Source: an uncultured Rikenellaceae bacterium (GTDB lineage: Bacteria; Bacteroidota; Bacteroidia; Bacteroidales; VadinHA17). Taken from it: a stretch of 33,937 nucleotides of DNA. Positions 8,444-18,032 of this stretch are shown here, piece by piece. The first letter of the stretch is position 1. Every line of letters begins with the position of its first letter. Under the pieces are notes generated by a model. It ran no database searches, was not told where the DNA came from, and was given only the letters and a program-made list of their open reading frames with translations. The translations under genes and the position numbers were made by a program. The DNA lies in the NCBI GenBank assembly GCA_964403185.1, contig CAYOFK010000006.1:1-33937 (forward strand), written 5' to 3'.

Positions 8444-9703
8444 TTATTGCCGGACGATCTGGTCAGCAGGAACAATCTTATAAAGTTTATCTGAGCGCCG
8501 CACCGGCGTTTCAACGGGGATTGAGCAACAATCCCCTTTTTTTGTTGTGGCAACTTGTTTCAGATCTACCCTGATTTCCGTAACCAATGTCTGAATGACA
8601 CCCGTTGTTGGTCCGGTGATTAAAATGGAATCTCCCACCCGAAGCTCCCCGGTTTCTATTATAAATTCTGCCACCCCGATTTTATTGAAGTAATTGTTGC
8701 CTTTCCCAAGGTAGATCTTGCGGCGGGTTGCCTGTGAGCCGTATCTGTGACTCCATTCGCCCAATCGTTGCCCCAGATAATAGCCATCCCAGAACCCCCT
8801 GTTGAACACTGTTGCCAGCCGCTCATTCCATGCGTTGATACGCTGGGAATTATAACTTCCATCTTCTAAAGCACATACGGCTTCATCATAGCAACTCACA
8901 ACAGTGTGCACATATTCCGGTGACCTGGCCCGCCCTTCAATTTTTAAAACCCGTATCCCTGCATCGAGAACCTTATTGAGAAAGTGAATGGTTTTTAAAT
9001 CCTTTGGCGACATGATGTATTCATTTTCCATTTCCAGTTCATTGCCTGTTTCTTTTTCAGTAACAATATAGGGTTTGCGGCATGTTTGCTGGCAGGCGCC
9101 TTTGTTTGCAGAAGCATTATTTTCATGAAGGCTCAGGTAACACTTGCCCGACACAGCCATACACAACGCACCATGGGCAAATAACTCCAGCTGAACAAGA
9201 TTCCCCGAAGGCCCTGTAATTTGTTCATTGATAATGGTTTCGTGGATCTTATGTATGTGGTCAAGGTGTAATTCGCGGGCCAGCACTACCACATCTGCCC
9301 ATTGGGCAAAGAACTTTAAGGCGGCAATATTGGATATGTTTAGTTGCGTTGAGATATGCACTTCTGATCTTTTCTTACGGGCTTCCAGTATGACTGCCTG
9401 GTCAGAAGCGATTACAGCTGTAATACCGGCCATTGCGGCAGCTTCAAGGATTTTCTGCATCACAGGAAGGTCCTGGTCGTACAAGACTGTATTAAGCGTG
9501 AGGTAAGATTTTACTTTTTTTTCATTACAAATACTCACAATTGTCTGCAGGTCTCCGGTGGTGAAATTCTTTGAAGAAACAGCCCTCATATTAAGATGCC
9601 TCACACCAAAATATACAGAATCTGCCCCCGCTTTAATGGCTGCCTGCAGGGATTCGAACGACCCTGCCGGAGCCATTATTTCAATCATTTTTCTTGTTAT
9701 CAT
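8444..9703 (-). CDS. Peptidase U32 family protein (TrhP/RlhA/UbiU-type Fe-S hydroxylase family) with C-terminal beta domain
   Basis: APAGS, GADSVYFG, HISTQ, LAREL, ELFAHGALC-x6-C...C-x3-CR, SPKDL and KIEGRAR motifs. Confidence 0.92.
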   Translation of the reverse strand: MITRKMIEIMAPAGSFESLQAAIKAGADSVYFGVRHLNMRAVSSKNFTTGDLQTIVSICNEKKVKSYLTLNTVLYDQDLPVMQKILEAAAMAGITAVIASDQAVILEARKKRSEVHISTQLNISNIAALKFFAQWADVVVLARELHLDHIHKIHETIINEQITGPSGNLVQLELFAHGALCMAVSGKCYLSLHENNASANKGACQQTCRKPYIVTEKETGNELEMENEYIMSPKDLKTIHFLNKVLDAGIRVLKIEGRARSPEYVHTVVSCYDEAVCALEDGSYNSQRINAWNERLATVFNRGFWDGYYLGQRLGEWSHRYGSQATRRKIYLGKGNNYFNKIGVAEFIIETGELRVGDSILITGPTTGVIQTLVTEIRVDLKQVATTKKGDCCSIPVETPVRRSDKLYKIVPADQIVRQ

Positions 9704-10851
9704 CTATTAAGAATTATCCGCATGACGGTGCCTTTATTCAGCTCCGATTGGTGAACAAAGATCTTTCCTCCATGATACAATTCAATAATGCGCCTGGAAA
9801 GTGACAGCCCCAGGCCCCAGCCACGGTGTTTACTTGTATACCCGGGCTTAAATACTGATTTAAACTTTGATTTCGGAATTCCCCTGCCCGAATCAATAAG
9901 ATCAAGGGTCAGATACCGGGTGTTATGAGTCAGGTGAATGCGGACAGACCCGGAACCTCCAATGGCATCTATGGCGTTTTTTGAGAGGTTTTCAATAACC
10001 CATTCAAACAGCGGAGTGTTTAACGGAACCAGTACCTGATCTTTTTCAGAGAAATTGAAATCAACAATCACATTTTTTGAAGACCGGGATTTGATGTATG
10101 CAACAGAATTCACGATCACCGGAACAATATTGGTGGGAGACAGGATGGGTTTTGAACCAATTTTTGAAAAGCGATCGGTGATCTTCTCAAGCCGCTTGAT
10201 ATCTTTTTCCAATTCCAGTGTAAATTCTATATTTATATTTCGCATCTTCAGCACATCGAGCCAGCCTATCAATGAAGAAGTTGGCGTTCCAAGCTGGTGT
10301 GCAGTCTCCTTTGAGAGGCCTACCCAAACCTGGTTTTGTTCGGATTTCCGGGCATTGCTAAAAGCCAGATAGGCCACAAAGATGAACAATACAATAATTG
10401 CCAGTTGTATATAGGGGAAGTATTTTAATTGTTCCAGCAAAAGAGAATCCTTATAAAGAATATAATTCCGAGAAGTTTCCCCTAAAACAATCTCAAGCGG
10501 ATCATGCTCAGAGGCCATTTTTTCAATCTGCTTCTGAAGGTATTTGGGATTTCTTAGTTTTTGATGATCGAGGTTTAACGTGGATATGGTATCCCCGGCT
10601 TCATCAACCATAATGACAGGAACCGTGGTATTGTTTTCGATGATCCTGAAAAAAAAATCAATATTCATATCGAGATCTTCAAGGTCAATGATCTCCTGGT
10701 TGGCCCGGGCCCAGAGTTCCATTTTTTTTCGTTCCTCAATTTTTAACCGGTCCACCAACCGGCTGGTATACCATAACGAGCTCACACCGATGAGGGCTGC
10801 AGTGATGAACAGCAATAATTTCCATCTGATCTTATTTGAATAAATATTCAA
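9700..10851 (-). CDS. Membrane sensor histidine kinase, orphan (resembles the PorY-like group)
   Basis: Two TM segments, KETAHQLGTP H-box, ENLSKNAIDA, DSGRGI, GWGLGLSL. TTG start; ATGA overlap with the U32 gene. The PorY resemblance is from memory. Confidence 0.88.
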   Translation of the reverse strand: MNIYSNKIRWKLLLFITAALIGVSSLWYTSRLVDRLKIEERKKMELWARANQEIIDLEDLDMNIDFFFRIIENNTTVPVIMVDEAGDTISTLNLDHQKLRNPKYLQKQIEKMASEHDPLEIVLGETSRNYILYKDSLLLEQLKYFPYIQLAIIVLFIFVAYLAFSNARKSEQNQVWVGLSKETAHQLGTPTSSLIGWLDVLKMRNINIEFTLELEKDIKRLEKITDRFSKIGSKPILSPTNIVPVIVNSVAYIKSRSSKNVIVDFNFSEKDQVLVPLNTPLFEWVIENLSKNAIDAIGGSGSVRIHLTHNTRYLTLDLIDSGRGIPKSKFKSVFKPGYTSKHRGWGLGLSLSRRIIELYHGGKIFVHQSELNKGTVMRIILNR

Positions 10852-10913
10852 GTTATTGCGGTATTAGATGCCTGTTTTTCTGCTACTTAAAGATAGTGTT
10901 TCTTGCCGGTCAT

Positions 10914-13565
10914 TTAAAAGTATATTTCATTAATTCCGGCAGTGTCCGGAAGGCTGTCCATTTCTTCCGGGATGATGTTAAAATTTTTCTGACCAAACAT
11001 TTTTACGGTATCTGCAGTGATAGAATCAGCCTCTTCCCATTTTACAAAAAACTTCTTTTTCTTCCTTACAGGTTGCCAGCCGGCGGAATCTTTCCCGGAA
11101 GTTCTGAATTCATTTATGATGATCTTGCCGATGGTTTGTGCTTCCATTTTCAGATGTTCCTTTGTTGAACGAATCATTTCTTTTTGATCATATGAAACAT
11201 CTGTTTTCCCGGTTTCCCCGTCGATTTTCAGAAAGAGGGAAATCCCTCCCGGGCCATTGTCTTCGACAATTCCAAATTCAGTATTCTCCTTTTTTGCTTT
11301 TTTTGCTCTGGTGGCCAGGATCTCCGACAAGAGGACTTTAATTTTATAGTGAAAACGGTTGTTGAAATGATGCGTTCCTGAGGCGGTTATATTGAAAGCC
11401 GAGGATTCAATATCCATTTGTGGAATGGTGATCATTTCATCCTTAATTAGAATTTCGTTTTCAAGTGTTGAAAACCGGATGTTCCCGAGTTCTGAAACTG
11501 CAATGTATCTCGAAAGACTTTGAATGGGTTCAAATTGAATAAGATGGCCATTTTCAATGGTAATGGCCGCATCGGTAATGATGCTTTTCTTAATGATTTT
11601 CAAATCCGGGGTCCATTCGGAATAAAAGTGCACATCCCCGGAAAGCCGGCCTTTTATGTTGTTGCGGGAAATGAATTGTTGTCCAAAATCATTAAATGAA
11701 TAGAACAGGTCGGTGATGTCAATACGGTCCAGCTTAGCATATACACGGGTTTCCATCAGCCCGGCAGTTTGTTTCAGAGCAATACCGTTTCCGGAAACGT
11801 TTCCCTGCATGGAGATGAACGAGAGTGAATCCAGGAACAGGAATCCCGGTTCATAGAATAACAACCCCTGGAAATTTTCCGCTTCGAATTTAAAAAACTT
11901 AAATTCCTGTATATGAACATCAATATTGGCAACTATATTTTCTGGAAACCGGACGATCTTTCTGTTAATTTTTTGTACAGCAGTGTCTGCTCTTTCGGGC
12001 AACAGGAGATTTAAATCAAATGACGGGGAATGCAGGGAAGCTTTTAACAGCAGAGGTTCCTTTTTGCCATTTATAAAAGACAGGACATTACGCACCTCAC
12101 CACTGATTGATACCGGATTATCATTGATGTTCAGAGCTACATTATCCAGCCAGAGATGTTTCCCAAGCATGATGCTTCCGGATATTGAGGAATACAAAAC
12201 CGGACTTTTACCGGTTTTTAAGAAAACATCATGAAGTTCGATATGACCTACCGGATCAAAGATCTCAAGGTCTTTAAATGTGGCTCCCTTAAGGTCTTTT
12301 AATCTTCCTGAGAGCCGCACGTTAGTGTGTATGTTTCCACCGATACGTTCCACATGTTTAAATTGCAGGAGATGATTCAACTTATCCAGGCTCAGGGTTC
12401 CGGATACTGCACATTCGAGGAAGGGATTATTAAAATCTTTCAATTGAAAAGTTCCGGTGATTTCCTCATCATTAAAAAGGGCAGTGAACCGGCTGATTGA
12501 AACCCCGCCCGGGATATCAGGTGTTATTTTTGTTCCGGTGAAAGTGCCATTCAGGAAAATATTTTCAATGGACACACCGGAAACTTTGTCTTTTATTGAA
12601 CCATTGCTAACAGTATAACTAAACTGAACATCAGGCAGGGAGCCATATCCTGCCCTTCCTTTAATATTGCCGGTGAATGCAATCTGCCCTCCGGTTGAAA
12701 ACCTTTGTACTTTATTTTGTATTAATTCGGGGAGAATCATGATGTGGGCAGGGATGTCATTATTGTCACTTTCAACATTAAGATCTAATTCCACGGGCCT
12801 GGATGTTTTAATGCCGCCATCAACCGCCAGTTTCAAGTCTCCGATTCTCAGGAGGAATTTCTCCAGGTTTAAGTTTGATGCATAGGCATACAACCGGCCA
12901 TCAATCCGGGCTTCCTGATTTTGGATCCAAACATTGTTATGGTCTTTAATTTCATGTATGAACAGGTTCCCCCTGGTGTTCAGTACAGACTGCAATTGCC
13001 GGTATGATGATTTCATGTCTTCTGCCTGGATATCCAGCAAAAATTTTGCAGGAATGCTGGTAAACCGGTAGCGTATGTTTTTCAGCACCAATTGCTTCAC
13101 ATTCAGGATCATACCGGATGAATCAGCTTTTTGGCGTGGCGAAAGGATTTCATAATTCTTGTTTCTGTTTTGATCCACAGCCATATGTATCACACCATCC
13201 CTGATGGTCAGGCGGTTGAATACCAGGGTTCTTTTAAGTAATCCCAGGGAGTTCAGGCTGAAGCTAAGCGACCTGACAAACAGCAGGGTATCCGGATTCA
13301 TGCCGCGGATTGTTTCAGGTTTGAAATGGGGTGTTGATGCAATAAAAACATCGGAAAAATGTGCCGTGAGATTCGGGAAATTCCGAAAAAAACGGATAGT
13401 GATGTTCCCGGCCTCCACACCAACAGTGAGCTCTTTATTTAATTCAGCGATCAATCTTGCTGTAATTTGGTCTTCCCGGGTAATCACCAGGATGCTTCCT
13501 GCGGCAATGACCAGCAACAGGAAGGCCAGCAGAAACAGAAACAGCCGTTTAAAGAATCTAAGCAC
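10914..13565 (-). CDS. AsmA-like (repeating beta-groove) envelope protein
   Basis: N-terminal TM anchor, FPNLTAHFSDVFI N-terminal motif, long amphipathic beta-strand body, and AsmA-like C-terminus (IRFSTLENEILIKD...IPQMDIESSAFNITASGTH). GTG start. Confidence 0.8.
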   Translation of the reverse strand: MLRFFKRLFLFLLAFLLLVIAAGSILVITREDQITARLIAELNKELTVGVEAGNITIRFFRNFPNLTAHFSDVFIASTPHFKPETIRGMNPDTLLFVRSLSFSLNSLGLLKRTLVFNRLTIRDGVIHMAVDQNRNKNYEILSPRQKADSSGMILNVKQLVLKNIRYRFTSIPAKFLLDIQAEDMKSSYRQLQSVLNTRGNLFIHEIKDHNNVWIQNQEARIDGRLYAYASNLNLEKFLLRIGDLKLAVDGGIKTSRPVELDLNVESDNNDIPAHIMILPELIQNKVQRFSTGGQIAFTGNIKGRAGYGSLPDVQFSYTVSNGSIKDKVSGVSIENIFLNGTFTGTKITPDIPGGVSISRFTALFNDEEITGTFQLKDFNNPFLECAVSGTLSLDKLNHLLQFKHVERIGGNIHTNVRLSGRLKDLKGATFKDLEIFDPVGHIELHDVFLKTGKSPVLYSSISGSIMLGKHLWLDNVALNINDNPVSISGEVRNVLSFINGKKEPLLLKASLHSPSFDLNLLLPERADTAVQKINRKIVRFPENIVANIDVHIQEFKFFKFEAENFQGLLFYEPGFLFLDSLSFISMQGNVSGNGIALKQTAGLMETRVYAKLDRIDITDLFYSFNDFGQQFISRNNIKGRLSGDVHFYSEWTPDLKIIKKSIITDAAITIENGHLIQFEPIQSLSRYIAVSELGNIRFSTLENEILIKDEMITIPQMDIESSAFNITASGTHHFNNRFHYKIKVLLSEILATRAKKAKKENTEFGIVEDNGPGGISLFLKIDGETGKTDVSYDQKEMIRSTKEHLKMEAQTIGKIIINEFRTSGKDSAGWQPVRKKKKFFVKWEEADSITADTVKMFGQKNFNIIPEEMDSLPDTAGINEIYF

Positions 13566-13571
13566 AGCAGA

Positions 13572-14276
13572 TCAGAATAAAAACTGCAGGTCAGAAGTTC
13601 CATCCACTTCAACCGGGGTTGTGCCGTACTTAAAGATACGGGCTTTTCGCGGGCCGAGTAGTTTTAACTTTTCGTTTTCATACCAAAGCATGGTTCCTTC
13701 TCTCAACCCCACGACATAGACATCCTGATTGATCTCAATAAATTCTTCAATACGCATCTCGCGGGTTTCCCCTGCATGGCCATCAGGATTAGCGTCAAGG
13801 TAATGGGGATTGATCTGGAAGGGGACCAGGTTGCACACTGCGAAAGTTTCAGGTTGGGCTATGGGCATGTCATTGGTAGTTTTGATGGTTGGGCAAACCA
13901 CATTGGAACCCGCGCTCCAGCCAATATATGGGATGCCTTCTTTCACTCTGCCGGCTATGGGTTCTATCAATTCATATTCCTGCATTAACCGTGTGAGTTC
14001 CCAGGTATTGCCTCCCCCAATAACAATGGCTTCAGCTTCCATAACGGCCTGGACCGGATCCAGGAACCGGTGTATGGATCTGGCATCGTGGCCCAGTTCA
14101 TTGAACCGTTCACGGACCTTTTGTTCATAGTCGTTGTAAGAAAAAGTGACGGCGGCATAGGGAATGAACAGACAGGTTTTTTTTTCGGTTCCCAGGAATT
14201 CCCTGATTTGTTTTTTGGGATGATCCAGATACGCTTCTCCGGCATTTGTAGAGTTACTTATCAATAATAGTTTCAT
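13572..14276 (-). CDS. pepE: Dipeptidase E (peptidase S51)
   Basis: LLLISNST, FIPYA, GGGNT, YIGWSAGSN, TTNDMPI, QINPHY and GETRE motifs. Confidence 0.95.
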   Translation of the reverse strand: MKLLLISNSTNAGEAYLDHPKKQIREFLGTEKKTCLFIPYAAVTFSYNDYEQKVRERFNELGHDARSIHRFLDPVQAVMEAEAIVIGGGNTWELTRLMQEYELIEPIAGRVKEGIPYIGWSAGSNVVCPTIKTTNDMPIAQPETFAVCNLVPFQINPHYLDANPDGHAGETREMRIEEFIEINQDVYVVGLREGTMLWYENEKLKLLGPRKARIFKYGTTPVEVDGTSDLQFLF

Positions 14277-14319
14277 ACTCGTTTTATAAATAGTTTGGAA
14301 TATATGTTCGTTAATAGTA

Positions 14320-16644
14320 TCATGCGATCCTGATACCGATAATCAGAATGTCATCCACCTGCTCCTGGTTGCCTTTCCAGTCCAGGAACGACTGGTTGAG
14401 GGCTGCCTCCTGATCATTTGTTGTTTCAGGACTGTTTTTCAATAAGAAGTCTCTCAGATTTTTGTGCATAAATTTTTTTGATTTCGGGCCTCCGAACTGA
14501 TCGGCAAATCCGTCTGAGAACAGGTAAATCATATCTCCTTTTTTGAGGTCTGTTTCATATTTGGTATAGCGCCGGTCCGGGTATTCTCTGAAAGACCCGA
14601 TAGAAAGTCTGTCTGGTTTTTGCACCAGCATTTCACCGTTACGGGCCACCCAGAGTGGGTTATAGGCTCCGGAGAATTCAAGTTTGCGGGCTTTTTGATC
14701 AATCCTGCATAAAGCCAGATCCATGCTGTCACGCAAAGCCTCAGTTTCATAATCCTTGAACATCCGGTCGCTGAATCCCCGGTTAAGATAGTCAAGCAGG
14801 TCTGCGGGCCGGATTTCATGATTTTCTTTCAGTGTGGTATTCAGAAGATTGAATCCAAGAAGGGAAATAAAAGCACCGGGCACCCCATGGCCTGTGGCAT
14901 CAACGGCAGCGACATAGGAGTAGCGTCCATCCTGCCCGAACCAAAAGAAATCACCGCTGACAATATCTTTAGGGCGGTAGAAAATAAAAACGTCATCAAA
15001 GATCTCTCTGATAAAATCCGGATGAGGCAACAGGGCATTCTGTATGTTCTTTGCATAGCGGATACTGGCAGTGATTTCCTGGTTCTTTTTTTCAATTTCT
15101 TCTTTTTGTGCAGTCAGCACCACATTGGCTTTTCGTTTTTGTATATAGCTCCGGTAAATGGCCATTGCCAGCAAAAATAAAAGAATAAAACCACCCAAAA
15201 TGGCATTTCTCTGGAAATTGCGTTGTTTAATCTCAGCTTCTATACGCGCCAGTTCGGCATCCTTAACCATCAGCTCTTTTTCTTTCTGGTCTGTCTGGTA
15301 CTTCGTTTCCAGTTCGGCGATCTGGTTGTGGATGACCACTGTATAAAGGGAATCTTTTATTTCCTGGTAAATGATATAATTCCGCAAGGAGTTTTCATAA
15401 TCTCCAAGTTTATCATACACGACAGCTAATTTTTGATGAACGGATTGTTTGGTGTCCGGCAAATTACTCTCGTCACACAATTTGAGACTTTGCTTGAGAA
15501 AATCCAGGCTCGTTGGATATTCTTTCAGAGTTAAATACACGGAACCAAGAAGAAAAAAATCCCGGGCAATGCCTTTAACATTTCCTATCTCCTGGTTTAT
15601 AAGAAGGGATTGGTTAAAATAATCCAGGGCCTGCAGGCTGTCAAATTTCATATATAATTCACCTATATAGTTCAGGGTATTGGCAACTCCCTTTGGGTTC
15701 CCTAATTCCTGTTCAATAGCCAAAGCTTCATCAAAATACTTTTTTGCGGCCTCAATACTATCCTGTTCGGATTTAATAGATCCGATATTCCTGAGGGAGG
15801 AGGCCATGCCGCCGGGATCATCCTTATCGCGTTGGATATCGAGAGCTTGCCTGAAATATCGTTCTGACTGGTCGTGGTTTTTCAGGAATCCATAAAGTTC
15901 TCCGATATTATGGTAAGACACACTCAATGTCTGGACATTATTCACCTCTGTCCATAAGGAAGCTGCCTCAAGATAGTACTCAAGGGCTTTTTCATAATCG
16001 GCCCAGATAGAATAGATCTCTCCAAGATTGTTCAGTGAATTGGCCATGCCCTGTTTATCATTCAGTATTTTTTTTATTTCATAGGAACTTTGGTAATTCA
16101 TTACAGCGTTGGGATAATCCCCGCGGTACTTATTGATTTCACCTATATTATTAAGTGTATTTGAAACTCCCTGTTTATCATTCAGTTGTTCTTTTATCTC
16201 AAGTGATTTTTTATAATATTCAAGGGCCTGGCTGTAGTTGCTTCTACGGCTGTTGATAATCCCCAGGTTGTTATATGCATCTGCAATTCCCTTTAAAAAA
16301 CCAATTTCTTCACTAATTCTCAGCGAGTTAAATAAATTTTTTTCAGCCTGTTCATAATCTCCCTGAAAAAACCAGATGGTTCCGGTATTTTTAAGAGCGA
16401 TGGCTTTTTCCCTGGGTTTATTTTGATTTGCTGCCAAAGTTATGGCCTCTTTTGCATAATCTTTGGCTTTTTCCATATCAACCGACATGTAAGCACGGGT
16501 CAATTGATGCAAGAGATCAAACCGTTCCTGTTTGCGTGCTTTTTTCAGGGCATTTTCCAGGCTGTCGGTTATGCCCTGTCCGCCAGCCTGAGAGCTTAAG
16601 GAAAAAATCAGAATTATAAAGCTGAATAACAACCGTTTAGACAT
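14320..16644 (-). CDS. Membrane TPR-repeat sensor with cytoplasmic SpoIIE/PP2C (RsbU-like) phosphatase
   Basis: Signal peptide, many TPRs (A..YNNLG.I....G.Y..ALEYY..SL), coiled coil, one TM, then DIVSGDF, DATGHGVPGA, SDGFADQFGG and DDI motifs. Confidence 0.9.
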   Translation of the reverse strand: MSKRLLFSFIILIFSLSSQAGGQGITDSLENALKKARKQERFDLLHQLTRAYMSVDMEKAKDYAKEAITLAANQNKPREKAIALKNTGTIWFFQGDYEQAEKNLFNSLRISEEIGFLKGIADAYNNLGIINSRRSNYSQALEYYKKSLEIKEQLNDKQGVSNTLNNIGEINKYRGDYPNAVMNYQSSYEIKKILNDKQGMANSLNNLGEIYSIWADYEKALEYYLEAASLWTEVNNVQTLSVSYHNIGELYGFLKNHDQSERYFRQALDIQRDKDDPGGMASSLRNIGSIKSEQDSIEAAKKYFDEALAIEQELGNPKGVANTLNYIGELYMKFDSLQALDYFNQSLLINQEIGNVKGIARDFFLLGSVYLTLKEYPTSLDFLKQSLKLCDESNLPDTKQSVHQKLAVVYDKLGDYENSLRNYIIYQEIKDSLYTVVIHNQIAELETKYQTDQKEKELMVKDAELARIEAEIKQRNFQRNAILGGFILLFLLAMAIYRSYIQKRKANVVLTAQKEEIEKKNQEITASIRYAKNIQNALLPHPDFIREIFDDVFIFYRPKDIVSGDFFWFGQDGRYSYVAAVDATGHGVPGAFISLLGFNLLNTTLKENHEIRPADLLDYLNRGFSDRMFKDYETEALRDSMDLALCRIDQKARKLEFSGAYNPLWVARNGEMLVQKPDRLSIGSFREYPDRRYTKYETDLKKGDMIYLFSDGFADQFGGPKSKKFMHKNLRDFLLKNSPETTNDQEAALNQSFLDWKGNQEQVDDILIIGIRIA

Positions 16645-16711
16645 GATTTAAAGGCATGTATGACTATGGGTTATAATTTTTATAAAGATAGAAAAATAAA
16701 ATCCGAACCCT

Positions 16712-16759
16712 ATAAAAAAAGGGCTGTCTCAATTTGTTTTGAGACAGCCCTTTTTTTAT
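16712..16759. terminator. Perfect 21-bp inverted repeat; intrinsic terminator, potentially bidirectional
   Basis: ATAAAAAAAGGGCTGTCTCAA-TTTGTT-TTGAGACAGCCCTTTTTTTAT, 25 nt downstream of the lipoprotein stop, with a U-tract on either strand. Confidence 0.85.
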
Positions 16760-16784
16760 GTTAGTGTCAGTGTTTACTGAGCAC

Positions 16785-17855
16785 TTAAAACTTGATGGTC
16801 ATGTTGGTAATATCGAGGGGGGCCCAGGGATCAAAACCGGATAAATTGATGAATTCAGTGGTAAATCCCGGCGTATTCGGAATGTTATTATCATTAGAAA
16901 CAAAGCCGTTTAGGCCTACGAAATAAGCAGCCCCCCGGGCATTTTGCAGGTAATAGTCAAGCACAGGCTGTGTCACAGTGACATAGGCAGTAGTGATCTC
17001 AGACTCAAGCACTTTATCCATGGAATATTGGGTCCAAAGATCGGGCATCCCTGTATTTGGCAGGGTGGTTGGAGGCAAGGCACATCTGGCCACGGCAATA
17101 TCCAGGTTGATGTTATTTTTACCCTTAAAAGACCAGGCCCGGCCACCTGTATGGCTGGCATCAACGAAATAGGCATTCGGATGAATGCTGTTCCCGTAGA
17201 AATACACAATTTCATCTTTTTGCCCCACAAACATTTTCAGCTTATTCATATAATTGAGCGAGGTGGAATCCATGCCTGTGATCTGAACCAGCATGGTGCG
17301 GTCGAAATTCCGGTCAATTTCCGAATAGTCAATACGGATCAGGGTTTGACGCATGAAAATAGTACGATAGTTCCAGGCTTTGGTGTGCATGATAACTACA
17401 ACTTTCAGCGGATTCAGATTCCAGTACAAGGCCAAAGCTTTTCCGGTAAGGTCATCAGAGATGATCATTTCATAATCCCAGGCAGTGCCTTCAAATTGCA
17501 CCATTTCTTTTACCACCACAGTTTTGGTCCGGTTGTCCAGGTCGCTGGTATATGAAAAATTAATGGGTTTATTGATATTATATCCCTGAATGCTTCTTAA
17601 AGCACTATTGACCATGTCGGCTGAGAATTCTCCAACATACACCAGGGTCCTTAAATGCTGATACAGATCTCTTCCGGATGCAATGCTGTCTGCAAGAATA
17701 AAATTCTTTTTATCAAAATCAGGAACACTTATGGCATCAGAAAGATTAACCTTCACATTTTCGGGAACAATGTCCCCTTTTTCCTTTTTCCGGCAGGCTG
17801 AAAAAAACAGGCCTGCAATGAGGGTAAACAATATAATTCGGCCGTATGTTTTCAT
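16785..17855 (-). CDS. Hypothetical lipoprotein
   Basis: Lipoprotein signal MKTYGRIILFTLIAGLFFSA-C followed by RKKEKGD. No family recognised. Confidence 0.82.
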   Translation of the reverse strand: MKTYGRIILFTLIAGLFFSACRKKEKGDIVPENVKVNLSDAISVPDFDKKNFILADSIASGRDLYQHLRTLVYVGEFSADMVNSALRSIQGYNINKPINFSYTSDLDNRTKTVVVKEMVQFEGTAWDYEMIISDDLTGKALALYWNLNPLKVVVIMHTKAWNYRTIFMRQTLIRIDYSEIDRNFDRTMLVQITGMDSTSLNYMNKLKMFVGQKDEIVYFYGNSIHPNAYFVDASHTGGRAWSFKGKNNINLDIAVARCALPPTTLPNTGMPDLWTQYSMDKVLESEITTAYVTVTQPVLDYYLQNARGAAYFVGLNGFVSNDNNIPNTPGFTTEFINLSGFDPWAPLDITNMTIKF

Positions 17856-18032
17856 AACAATTGTTTTATGGTTTGCATATTATTTTTTTACGCACCGGAA
17901 CACAAAAGGTTCCGGTTGGGTGGTTCAAATTTTATGCAAGCTTGTTTTGCTCAGGGTTAGGATTGAGTGGCGGGCCTGGCTCAGGCGAGATGAGAACTGA
18001 ACATGCTTTTGAGACGCCTCTATAATTGCGGA

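Noticed and set aside
15400-16420. Nucleotide-level periodic similarity (e.g. CCCTGTTTATCATTCAGT twice, 120 nt apart)
   Set aside because: Explained by TPR coding repeats; not a CRISPR array or DNA repeat element.
16944-17555. 203-aa plus-strand ORF
   Set aside because: Antisense shadow of the lipoprotein gene, with no motifs.
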